Shown here piece by piece: positions 25,006 through 37,273 of a stretch of 64,000 nt of DNA; positions within the stretch are counted from its first letter, which is position 1; each line of letters begins with the position of its first letter. The translations under genes and the position numbers were made by a program. Under the pieces are notes generated by a model. The model searched no databases. It worked only from the letters and a program-made list of their open reading frames with translations, and was not told where the DNA came from. The stretch lies in NCBI GenBank assembly GCA_024704765.1, contig JAKMXF010000317.1, forward strand, positions 62,001 to 126,000, in the 5' to 3' direction. Origin of the DNA: Oopsacas minuta (lineage: Eukaryota > Animalia > Porifera).

Positions 25006-27104
25006 CCCCCTTGGCTGTCCGCTGGTATTCTGCAGGTAGAACCAACTCTGATAGGGCGGTAGGCTGCACTGGAGCTGATAATACACTTGCACGCTGACGC
25101 TGTATCGTCCGCTTCAGGCTGTCCAGCTTAGGTAGTTTAGCAGCAGTACCCTCTGGTGCTGTTAGCATACCCTCACCGATTATGTGGTGTGAGCCATCCT
25201 GTGTGTCTCGTGCTTTCCTCTTGATGCCGGCCTTTATCTCACTGCAGGCCGTAGCCTGCACATCAGGTGCATGCAGATGCCCATTCGTACGCTTCACTAT
25301 CTCCATTCCCTTCGTATGAATCCTTGCTTTACACTCTCCTCTCTGCTCACACTGCCAATGTGTAATTTCTCCAACTCTCCTATGCATCAAATATATGTAT
25401 CCTCCTAATCATCTTCTGTCCTCCCTTACTTGTTGTGATCAGCCTGAAGGAGGCCTGATCAGGATCCATTGATAAAATAAAGTTGTTAATTCAAAGAATA
25501 TAAAAATGTAGCAAATAATATTTAGCTGATAATGCAAGCTGAAAATAATACAATTGCAACATTTAAATAGAACTACAAAGGTGAATCCATGTTTACTGGC
25601 AAACATACAATTAATTTCGCATCTTCTCCATCAAAGGAATGAATTTCGCATTTTCTCCATCAAAAGAATTAATTACTACGTATGTATTTCTGATATAAAT
25701 TCGTTACCTTTACTATAAATCATCTTACCTCACTTTGCTAACACAGAACTTCTGTGTTTAGGTTTACGATATCAAAACTGTAACATTAGATTCTTCGGAA
25801 ATAATTCATCCCAAATTAATTGATTATATTTGCAATATTATTTAGCCATTTAAAACCTGTTAAATTATTAACAAAAATTGGGCAATCAAAAGTGGAGCGA
25901 AATGTCGTGGAACGAAATGTCCCTGGAACGAAATGTCGTGGAACGAAATGTCGGTATCCGTCTTATACTTGCTATATGGTGTTGAATAGTACACCCACGT
26001 CTCGTCACCAGTAATAATCTCTGTTAGGCGTCTAGAATCGCAGTTCTCATAAGTTTCCAAAAGTTTCTTGGCAATATTCAGTTGTGCCAACCTTTGATTC
26101 TCACTGAGCTTATGCGGGACCAATTTACTACAAATCGATTGGTAACCAAGCTCAGTCGTCAGAATTGCATGAATAGCTCCTGATGAAATCTCCATACTTT
26201 GTTCTAACTGATTGACAGTAATACACTTGTCTTCCATGACCATACTTTCAATGAGTGCGATATTCTCTGAAGTGGTGGCGGATACCGGTCTTCCAGGTCG
26301 AGGCAGATCTGCATCAGCATCACCAGATCTAAAACGGGCTGCCCATCGCTCTACAATAGATCTGGGAGGACAATCCACGCACAATATCTCCTGTAACTCG
26401 CTGAAGATCTGTACGGGCTGATCTTGAGTATTGTGCGAAACTCTATGTAAGCTCGCCATTTGAGGTTGAAATTATCATCCTTTGAAGCCATAAATTCAAC
26501 AGTGGGTATAAATTGACTACACGTAACTATGTCAAAAAATCATAATTTGTATTGAATAAGCTTGAAACTTTCAGTATATGGAGTTTAACTATATGGGCTT
26601 ATAATATATGAAAGTTAGATATACTACTTGACTAATTCCTAAGATATATCATAACCCGCAAGACTTACTGAACGCCCTGGTAACATTAAAACCAAATTGA
26701 TTAGTGTATGTTACCGTCCAAGTTGAGTAGACGTCAAATTGAGTAAGGATATTCTTATACAAAAATTGAAATTAAATATTAGGGTTTACTAAGTAATATA
26801 TTTTGAAAATTTCAAAGATATGTTTTAGGGTCTGCTAAAATAAATAATGTTGTATCTAGATTCATACTACGAATATTATCCTTCAAATGACTTGAAAAAG
26901 TATTAGATTTGTTTAATACGCTTAATATCTAAATGTATACATAATAAACCATAAAAATCATAACAAATTAAGAAATAATGTAGTAAACGTATGTCTAGAA
27001 ACTCTATTAATTTTCAGTGATTTAGTTGAACAGTTGATTATAAGGGTAGTTGACCAGTTGATTAAAATGGCAGAAAACTAGTTGATTGAGGTGTTTTTAC
27101 ATTA

Positions 27105-27250
27105 CTATCTGTTCTCGCATACGATAAAGTGTCTGTGGCACCTCGAGTTGCATTTAACTTGCTTCCGTTTGCACTGGCAAGTCTTGGTCCGGCAGTTGTC
27201 TTGCCAATATTGGCATGAGAAGCACGGTGTAACCCCTGCCTCTACAGTGT
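27105..27250 (-). pseudogene. Cys-rich C-terminal module resembling KRBA2/Ginger2-type integrase ends
   Basis: CFSC...NCRTKTCQCKRKQVKCNSRCH...CENR* resembles C.C..C.T.RC.C.K...CNSKCH..C.NK*. No integrase core seen. Confidence 0.4.
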
Positions 27251-27419
27251 TTAATCCAGGATTAACTTTTGGAGGAAAGTTGTCATTATGGGCTAAGCTA
27301 TAGATCTCTGACTATTCTTCGTTGTATTGAGTCCAGGCAGATATTTTGTGCAATTAAGATACTTCTTAATTAAAAACAATAATAATTTCAATATGAATAT
27401 TTAGAAAATCTGTGTTAAT

Positions 27420-28745
27420 TAACAATACACAAGATTCAAGCTTGAACCTCACAATACTATTGTACGGGTCTTTTACCTTTCAAAATGATCAACAAATTCC
27501 TCCAACGTATCATTCGTTGGAAACCAATGCCTTCAATGCATATACGCATCGTATGTTCAAGCGTACCCTCACCCATCCAGCAGCGGAGTCTTGTTATTAT
27601 TAGTTTCATACTGCTAAATGTACGTTCAACAGTAGCTGTTGTTACTAGTAAAACCTCTAGGCCTCTACTATTGCAGCTAAATTTGATAAATTATGAAATG
27701 CAATCGAAATGTCTCCGCTATTGATCAATTTCGATAGTACATCCTGCAAAGAGCCATTCTTGAATTGCTCCGAAATTATCAGAATAAACAATTTCCATTC
27801 TGCTTCAGTTTCCTCTCCATCAATGTCTGGTTGTGACACCACCATCATCATCATCAAAGTTGACATGGTGTATAACACTATATTAATTTATTAGCACCCG
27901 CATCTTTTCCATACCATAATTAGGTGATAGTTGAAGTTCGGTTTTAGGAGATGGCGAGGGTCCGAAACGGACATAGATGAGACTAGATAAGTGCACTCCC
28001 TTCTTTTTCGGATATGGTCAATCACACTTTGTATTTATGGCCGATACACTGTCTGAAGAAATTGAATCTTTTCCTCTTCCATGATCAAAATTGGTCGTCC
28101 ACCAAGCTGAGTATCATCTCTTAAAACTAAAGAATGGTTCTTGAATCAGGTGGTGCTGTTTACTATTTTTTAATCTCTGTTAGTCTTTCAGTGGTACTAT
28201 TGACCATTAATTGCACACTTCCAAGGTCAATCGCTTTCCCCTGTAAAATCCTTGTAACTTGACAACTGTACCGAGTACATCCGATCGAATATAAATACAA
28301 GGTACAATTTTGTATTTTGACAAGTGAGTCGCAATTCCATGAGTTTCTGCATCACAAGTTTCATCATAAATCTCTACAAATGCGCGTACCATGCTGGGAT
28401 ACTCAGTCGCACAGCACACACGGTTCTTTCACGTATGAGCCATAAAGTATTAATAGGTTTACCATTTTAATCTCGGGAGACTAGAGTTCCGCTTGGATCA
28501 GTGAAAGTTTTTCTGCTTTCCTGGGAGAATAATGGAAATTTTTCCAGATTGTTAACATTATACCTAAACTCTCATTATTTGTACATGTTCTGCACAAGCA
28601 TTGACAGCAGCAAGTTGAAATTTATGGGACCTGTAGTTGATGTAAATTGCACTTCTTGCAAGTAGTAATCTCAGACGCCTTAGAACGCCACTTATATGGG
28701 CAGACATTGTATTAGTACCATCATTCCCAAGGACGGCTCTCTGTC
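27420..28745 (-). pseudogene. Decayed hAT transposase (ZNF862/ZMYM-like clade)
   Basis: GNDGTNTMS..SGV, YINYRSHKFQLAA, WKNFHYSPRKAEKL, CDAETHGIATHL and TTATVERTFSSMKLIITRLR occur in correct order, with stops and frameshifts. Confidence 0.75.
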
Positions 28746-30655
28746 TCTCATGGACATCGTTAGGGTAGAGAAGCTTGTCAGTGCCGCAGGGTGTTAAGTT
28801 AGTGTAGTTGAATGCCGGAAGATTGTTCCATGTGCAGTTCCTATCTGGAAAGCCCCTCCATCCAGTATACATGCGTAACGGTGCTAATGAGGCTGTTGGG
28901 ACCAATTCTAGCCAAGTCAGGGTAAGGAATGGCATCCTCATATTATCCCCTTTTGAATAGTATTGCTACGTTTCATACTAGACTGCATCATGTCAGCTCC
29001 TTGGTTTCTGAGTGCTCTCCAGCTTCTTTGACAGAGTTTCTCAGTATTTCGCGCTTTCCGCAGTACTCATCGCGTGCATAGAAATGCTGTACTTGAGTTT
29101 TACTGTACGCGTTTGGTCAGTCCAGGCAGTCAGCAAGAAATGGATCTTGTTTACAATGGCTGCAACTCACAGAACAATTGTCACCATCTATTACACAGAC
29201 TGGACAAAGAGGATGTTAATATAAGGTGTAACTTGCGTTCCGATCAGTAGGGGTATAGTAAAGTTGTAGGAATCGCCATCAAGATCGTCTTTGTGGCTCA
29301 TGAAAACTCGTACGCCCTGTCACGTCCCCCCTGAGCTCGTGATGTGCGGACACAAACGTATCCCACAGGTCTTAGCCATATGCGAAACTTGCTCCATGGA
29401 GTCCCCAGGATATCACTCCTTTAACTTACAGGACCTTTACTCACTTAAACTATTCCACAGAATAGTGCAACTTGGTCCTGCCCCAATTGGGATCGTTGGT
29501 GTTGCAGCCATCCTCTCTGTAGCACCCCATAATCTCATCTCTCTCCTCCCCCCTCTCTCCTAACCAAATGGAAATTTATGGAGCTACTAAAGCTCTGCTT
29601 CGAAAATTTCTTTAGTATTTGACAAACGAAAAGTAGATTGATTTGGTCCAGATGAAACAAACGCAAACACAATAACATATCTATAGTAATTAGTTAGAAA
29701 TAGCGCAGTAACTGTCGCGTGATAGCACAAGTGTTGTTATAGGCCTAACACTCCAGTAGCATCTAGCTACCTTTGGTATGTATGTTGAATAGTAATTACA
29801 CAAATATATTTCCATTTTAGTTAACCCATAATGTCATAAGTATAAAATGATATAAGAATAACCTTATTCAATTTGGCGTCTACTCAATTTGGAAGGTGAC
29901 ATATATATATTTGAAGAGTTAATAAACTTCCAATGATCCATTCCAAGTCTACATAGAACTCAAATGACACCCAAATTTTAATTAATTTAATAATAATAAT
30001 AAATTTTCCGATATACCGATACTTTCTGATGGCAAAAATATAAACTTTACTTTGCAATAAATGGAACATTTCAACAATAAACAAGTTGGGCGTGGATGAT
30101 GAGGTTAACTTAGACGAAGCGGTGGACGTGGTATCTGCTGGATCTAAATTTTACGTGTGAATAAATGAGAAGTATTTACATGGCAGGTAAAACCATGTTA
30201 TCAATTGTTGCATTCAAAGCCAGCAATCATTAAGGGACATTTTAATTAATCAAGGGCATGATAGACAGAATGAATGGCTATTACAAGTTTTTAAAGTCAA
30301 TTCATGGAATAAAATTAAATGGTAAATATTGTGGTCTTTGGTGTCTTTGAAATTTCAACAGTAATCAAGAATAGAGTAGCTCACAGGGCAAAGCAATAGC
30401 TCTGAGAGAGGAAAATTCAAGTTAACCTCCTTGAACTTGAATACTCGATGTAAAATACAACAGAAATCCAAAAGGTTTCTGTTTTTCGGTTCATGCACAA
30501 TCACTCGTACAAGTGTCCTATCTTGAGGATAGTTCCTATATTTTCTACTTCGCCACGACCTCAACTGCATATATTGTTAGGAATTATAAATAAAAGATAG
30601 AAATGTATACTTGGGAGGCGGATTGAGGTGTAAAAAGGCGTGAGTTCTGTATATA

Positions 30656-31999
30656 CAGGGTGGAAAGAAATTGATGCCCTACTGACCTAATTTATATTAT
30701 AAACCCAAAATATTCTTGAAGTTTGATAATTACAATATTTTCATCAGTTATTAATTTCTTACGTTTTGTTCTTTGATTTTGACATATTGTTCTTGCTTAG
30801 GAAGCGTATTTTATTTATATTATTTATCAGATTTGATTATCCAAATTTCAGCTGATAATAATGGTTAGGGAGACCAGTTCATGTGCAAGAAGCAGGGCTG
30901 TAGGAATGGTATTAGGAGGAATGACCCAAAAATGTGATTCAGAAAAGTTAGGTGTGAATATTCGTACAATTCGACGATGGCTATCCCGTTATCAGAATGA
31001 AGGTTCCCTAGAAAATATGCATAGACGTGGACGTAAATCAAAACTTACAAAAGTTGCAAAAATCGTCATAGCCAAATGTATTTCCAAGAGACATCAATCA
31101 ACACGGAAATTAGCTAAACGCTTACGCTCAAAGGGTTGTGCAGTTTCCCATACTACTGTGCGTAAGTATTTAAGGAGTACACTCAAAGTAATCCTTTCAA
31201 ACCTCAAAAACAGCCGAAAATTACTGAAAAACAGCGGACCGCTCGCCTAAAGTTTTGTCGAGATCGAAAAACTCGGAAAATAGAAGACTGGTGTCGAGTA
31301 TTGTTTTCAGACGAATCACTCTTTGAGATATATCCACATCCTAATAGTCAAAATGATCGTGTCTGGGCTTATGACCGATCTCAGCTTTTACCCACTGAAA
31401 GAATAAAATTTCCCTCAAAATCCTTGTATGGGGTGTAATGTCGTTTAGAGCTGTATCAGAACTTCATTTCATCTCAAAATGCCAAACAATCACAGCTGAA
31501 TATTATGTGAACGAGATATTAAATGGGTCATTGATGTCTAGTTTGCTTCGCCAACCAGAACAGGGCAATATTTTAACTAGGAAGTTGTTGCCAGACATGT
31601 CACGGTACATTTTCCAACAGCATGGTGCGCCGGCACATACAGCCAAAAGAGCACAAGAATGGTGCAATACCAACTTAGTTGAGTTTTGGCATAAGAGTCA
31701 ATGGCCAGGCAACTCTCCTGATCTCAACCCGATAGAAAATTTATGGTCTATCGTAAAGCAAGAGATTGAACTGATGGACACTCCAACCAATATTTCAATG
31801 CTCGAAAAACACATCAAGCAGGCGTGCTCTCAAATTTTACCAGAAACTTTGGAGAATTTAGTATCCGGGATGCCAAAAAGGATGAAATTATGCATAAAAC
31901 AAAAGGGTGGATATATTGGAAAATAACTAGTGTATTGTATTGTTGAATTATCACATTATGATAAGAATAATATTAGGGCATCAATTTCTTTCCACCCTG
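30656..31999 (+). mobile_element. Tc1-like DD37E element, pseudogenised
   Basis: TIR cagggtggaaagaaattgatgccct with TA TSDs. ORFs 30861-31250 and 31438-31926: LFSDES, FQQHGAPAH (D2 to H), SPDLNPIENLW. Paralogous to 11553-12897. Confidence 0.92.
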
Positions 32000-32339
32000 T
32001 AGATAAATATATTCATGAAACAAGATTCTGTATGAGGTCGAATCATTTAGAGAACAATAACCATGAAAACACATCAATTACGTGATGAAATAGTGCAAAT
32101 AAATATTGATAAGTTACATCAAGCGTAGAATTTGCATTAGCATAAAGACAGCCAAGATAACATTAATCATATGAGAAAGTCAATGACACGCCAGGTAGAG
32201 AGCCATAATTGATATATTCCTCCGTAGGGCTATTAAAGTAATTAGTGTATCATATTTTTGTATAGGAAAACATTGTAAATAGTTAAAAGAACCAAACATT
32301 AGGGAATTGGAATCGTTTCAAAACTATCATTTTTGGTGT

Positions 32340-32740
32340 GAAGGAGTTTGGGTGCGTCAGACATTACGTGTCGTATTTATAGAATTCCCACAATTGATAA
32401 CCTTTTATGTAGAAGAATAAATTTACTTAAGTACATAGAATGTATTTATGGTAGTAACTTTTGCGACCATAGATTCTGAGTATTCTGATCAAAAAACATT
32501 CTGCGGTGCAGATAGAAACTTTTTGGTTAGCTACGAACCATGTAGATAGTGTGGAATGTCTCAAGTTTTCTAGGACAGCTATATTATCAGCAATTTGCGT
32601 AAACTCAACACTTTGATCATTCTCTAGGTGCAGAGCTAACCTAGTGACGTGGGGAAAATTATGAAACATTATAACAACATCCATAAATGTAATTAACTGC
32701 CATTACCGTGATACATATTCGAAAGTTAATTTGTGCATTG
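32340..32740 (-). pseudogene. Helitron Rep-helicase fragment
   Basis: PHVTRLALHLENDQSVEF...STLSTWFVANQ matches Helitron P.V.RL.VHL.N.Q.V.F...TTLT.WF..N. Confidence 0.6.
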
Positions 32741-34699
32741 TACCTTTTCGGCAAAAACGAATTATAAGGTGCAAGTTGGTGTAAATTAGATAAGAGATGG
32801 GGGATCAGTTTCTAGTTCGACACTACCTAACTCTACAGTATGTGAGTTATCTCTACGTGAATACAATGGATAACAATCCCATCCTCGAAGGAATGATAAT
32901 CAACTGGATAAAACATCAAAATAGAAACAGTGGCCTGAATATATTATATAAAACGGCAACACTCCTCTATCGAATGATACCAATTACGTTGAAATCAGAG
33001 CTGTACAAGTGAATAAGATTAGAAAATTTTAATATTTTAACATTTTACTCACTTCTTTTTGTCATAGTAGGTACACAGAACTTCATTGGAAATTCCGGTC
33101 TAAAATTTCAAATTGGATTCTGAAATACCATTCCAAATTTAGGAGATATTGACGTTTATGTGAATTAAATTAAATTTCCTACAACTTGCTTAGCTATCAG
33201 CTTTTAAAGTTGGAAATGGGAGTTGAGAGGATGGATTAGATTATACATAAAGTAGAGTAAGTTCAAACTGTTATTTCTTAACCTTTACAATACTGAATCA
33301 AAAATTATTTTGAATTTCAGCTTTCGTTTTCAAAACAACCCGTGTAACATTCAGTCAATTGTGAAAGATTCATTGACTAGAAATTCCCCTTTGGAATGTT
33401 CAGTTAGTCCCATTACCTCAGAAGAAGAGATTCAAGTGGGTCTTAGTCTTAATATGATAGATATTGCTGGAAGGGCATCACTAGTAACTTCTGCCATTGT
33501 AAGGATGTAGCTAAAAGCTTAGTTATGCCTTCAGATGCAGTTTCATCGTTTGGTGAATTCGATATAATGGATCTTCAATTCGATTTACGAAATCTACTTA
33601 TTGTGCCTGCATTTTCAGCTTCTGATTTAGCTTTATATGACATGCTGAAGAGACATTCCAAATGTTAGCTGATAGTGAATTAAGCGAATTTCCTAACTTG
33701 TTTTACTTGTTTAATACCACTGAAGCTCAGTTGTGGGTAGACTTTGTGAAGTTTTAGTGGGGGGAAAATTGTAAGCGAAATGTCCAGGATTGTTTCAATT
33801 AACTGAAGCCTGTTACATTGATGAGTGTTTTGAGTTAATCAATATAATTTCAGATAAGTATTCTAAAAGCTTTGTTGGGTGTAGCCCACTGTCAGTTTTG
33901 TGGGAAGTCCTGACACAGCCTGAAAATTGCTTATTCTTTCATATGTTAGGAAAGAAATGTGTTTTTAGTTGGAGAAATTTAAGTGCCTTCATTAGCTGTG
34001 TTCTGGAACTGAGGAATGAGTTTAACACTTACGTACCACATTAGAAAATATATATACTGAATATCTAGCGAATCGAGTAGACGGTAATGTTACTGAACCT
34101 ATTCCTATTCACCAGCCTTACAGCATTACTTGTTGTGTAGAATGCGAGGAAATGCTGAATCAGTTAGATAGAAGTCGGCTGTGAGATCGACATTAAAACT
34201 AATAAGTTCTGAGAGTTCTATCTTGAATTTTCTGAGTGGCATAGTATTTGTATTACCGAAGAACGTCTTTAGTAAGCAATTGGACAAACGTTTTTGCAGA
34301 CAAATTTCATGATATATATAGTAGGTTGGTAGTAAAATTCAGATCTTATTGGTTGAAAAAACTGATTGTCGTAAAGTAAACAGTCCTTTCCTACGAGCAA
34401 AGCAGAATGTAAAATTGTCGAGTTACCTATTTTATATTCAGCATGAGATAAGTATGTTCAATAATCGGGTAGTTGTCAAATTTTACTCGGAAGGATCCTC
34501 TCACCTCAACATACAGCTGGCACCAGAGTTATAGTCGCCATCATTCTTATAGTGAGCGCAGTAATATGGGAGGACTAGTAGTGAACAATTCAATTAATAA
34601 TATATATAATAACCAATTCAATACTTCTGATAAAACTGGTGGATCTTGTTATGGAATTTAACATACCTATAATCGGCTGATTGATAAAGGAAAGTGAAA

Positions 34700-35300
34700 T
34701 CTGAAATGAAATCAAAGAATAGGTTTTCTAATACATAAATGCAAGATGTGGGGGCTACCCAGCAATATTTTCGTTATCTGCTCCCTGATTATCCTATTCC
34801 AGGCTATGTCCAGTATTTTGTACAAGATCCGTTTATAATACATATGCACACTGCTAAACAAATCCAACTCTAAATTATTCAAGAACAAGGCTGTTGTTTT
34901 TAATTTAAATGCTACTGGTTCCCTAATTAGCAAATCTCCTTTTGTTCAAATAAAATATTTTATTACGCTCTGACAATACAACCCGAGTATTCTATCAGTC
35001 CGATACCAGTTGCAGAGATGATAAACAGTGATCATAGCACTGCTGAAATCTCGCATTTCTTAAACAAATGGTGTTTAAGTACAAAATAAGTTATTAATAG
35101 AGATTTATAATATATAAGGTGGAAATGGACTATAGTTGGGCGATGATACATAGCACATATTTAATATTTGATAAGTTTACTATTGTGAATTACGTCCAAA
35201 TTGTTGGAGATTGGTAATTAATAGTGAATATCTATTTAAAACAACTCTGCTACATCTATGTTCTGCTCATGTAATGCACAGGATTAGTTATAATTTTTAA
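34700..35300 (+). pseudogene. NOF-like MULE transposase remnant
   Basis: NLNATGSL, IFYYAL, PIPVAEMINSDH and VEMDYSWAMIHS correspond to LDATGS, FYYA, PVAEMISSDH and TDFSWA.IHA recalled for NOF-FB-like proteins. Confidence 0.55.
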
Positions 35301-36086
35301 ATAAGTAAAATAGATAAAAACAATAAAAGGAATAATTTTACATTTATTTGGTCGCATTTTGTACAGTAAAAATATTCATGAAATTGACCATCTATTTAAT
35401 TATTATGTTATGTTTCCTGATGTAAAAAACAATCTGTTGTTCTTCAAAATGGAATAGTTGAATTAGAGCAGTGTATTAGGAAGAGATTGTATTAAGGAAT
35501 GAACTTCCAGGAGATTTAAAGATGATTTGCTTGACTTATAGACAGAAGTCACCATTCGGCAAGCATTTTGAACCAATATATGATAACACTACTTATCATG
35601 TTAAAGAATGCAAAGTAATATAGGAACTATATATGTAATATTGACCATAGATAATCTACTAAGATAAAATCACTTGATTCCCAGAATTGAATGAATTGAG
35701 ATGCATGCATTAGATCGAATTTTAAGGTTGTCATTAGTTAGAATTTTCTGAATTGTAACAAGTTAGAATCAATTAATAGTCTATTGTAACAAGTTCGAAT
35801 CGATTTTTCGACTGGGTGGACACAAGTTGAAAAACAAAATATCCATGGTCTGGCATTCTGCAGACTTTACAAAGAATTAGTGCAACAAAAGTCCATCCAA
35901 ACACAAAATTACCATGAAGTCCACATCGCCGCCCCTAGGTAGCTTAATAAAGTGTCAAATGAAAACTCACAGATCCATAAGGTAGTGAACTAAACCCCTA
36001 ATCCCCTCCCAATGGCAGGGGTTTATAATTACTACAATGTAAAGTTTTTGCTGGGCCTCGTTTTGCCGCGCGACATCTCGGAAAAG

Positions 36087-36190
36087 TAGATTCTGACTTG
36101 TGACAACAGTCTGAAAAATAGATTCTGACTTGTGACAACTAAGGATATTCTGACTAATGACAACTTCGAAATTCTGACTAGTGCAACTTC
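36087..36190. repeat. Four degenerate copies of attctgact.gtgacaac
   Basis: Directly visible, with irregular spacing; the first two copies are identical over 21 bp. Confidence 0.7.
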
Positions 36191-36361
36191 TCCAAAATAA
36201 TAACAGACTTAGATGTCATAGAATTACGTTCTTTAGATTTACATAGATTTAATCCCCTTATAGGGGGCAAAAGGTATTATGTAAAGATTATGTTTAAATT
36301 TATATAATTCTATAGATTGTTCCACAAGGATATTCCCGGAAAATTAAAATGTACGGAAATA

Positions 36362-37273
36362 CAGTCAGGGGACAAAAGTATTCGACCACACAAATATATT
36401 GTCATAAATTGTATACTCTTTCCCGCTCCTATATATTGTGTAGTCTATATTCGTAGCTGCTATCTAGTAATTTGTATAGAATAACATATGTTTTCAAGAA
36501 TTTCAAAAAATATTTTAGATTGACACTTTTTGAAGGTGTTAATTATTAATAATTATTAGATAATTATTGATAATCAAAATATGTGGTAATTCAAAACCTA
36601 TTAAGAATCTATAATTTCTGACTTGACATTTGAATTCTACGTAGGCGAGTTACCCCAGATTGAAATTTCCAATCGGATTGAACAATTTTTACCAAAGTTA
36701 TAAAAGAATTTCAATTTGTCCCACTTGTGCCACTTTTTTCAAAAAGTGGCACAGGTGGCAGGAAAAAGCGCCACTACAAGGAAATCAACTAGGGTTAGGA
36801 GGAATAAGTCGAAGTAATATTTTCGAATGATATGACTATGCTAACCCTTGAATTCCAAAATAACCTCTTGGTAGCGGCCACTTGTGCCACCTTGGGCAAA
36901 AGGTGGCACAAATGGCACAAATTGAAATTCATCTATAACTCTGGTAAAAATTGTGCAATCCGATTGGAAATTTCAATCTGGGGTAACTCGCCTACGTAGA
37001 ATTCAAATATCAAGTCAGAAATTATAGATTCTTAATAGGTTTTGAATTACCACATATTTTGGTTATCAATAATTATCTAATAATTATTAATAATTAACAC
37101 CTTCAAAAGTGTCAATCTAAAATATTTTTTGAAATTCTTGAAAACATATGTTATTCTATACAAATTACTAGATAGCAGCTACGAATATAGACTACACAAT
37201 ATATAGGAGCGGGAAAGAGTATACAATTTATGACAATATATTTGTGTGGTCGAATACTTTTGTCCCCTGACTG
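36362..37273. mobile_element. 912-bp foldback Tc1-type MITE with about 390-bp inverted arms
   Basis: Starts cagtcaggggacaaaagtattcgacc and ends with its reverse complement; TA TSDs 36360-61 and 37274-75; outer 280 bp of the arms nearly identical. Confidence 0.92.

Larger units (their letters stand above)
21597..25469 (-). pseudogene. MULE transposase (FLYWCH + DDE) interrupted by a hAT element
   Basis: ATG at 25469 (MDPDQASFRLITTSKGG) and FLYWCH HRR..THWQC..CKARIHT..H.H. Resumes after the hAT as KGEQFLLYDSG, with the same TAG as the plus copy. Confidence 0.9.
17730..25959 (-). mobile_element. Mutator-like element (MULE) with about 100-bp TIRs, FLYWCH-type transposase, internally rearranged
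   Basis: Inverted termini 17730-17822 and 25836-25959 start with GG and contain 15-bp gacatttcg(t/c)tccac units (2 left, 4 right). No TSD. Confidence 0.85.
17355..26680 (-). mobile_element. mariner (DD34D-type) element split by a MULE
   Basis: TIR c(t/c)agggcgttca(a/g)taagtcttgcgggt with TA TSDs. N-half 26495-25960 (HTH, PGRP, TGDETWVYY); C-half 17720-17424 (NASSH, HPPYLPDLALCDFWLFP, GGDYFE). Confidence 0.88.

Noticed and set aside
25885-25955. 15-bp gtggaacgaaatgtc repeats as an independent array
   Set aside because: Part of the MULE TIR, mirrored at 17737-17767.
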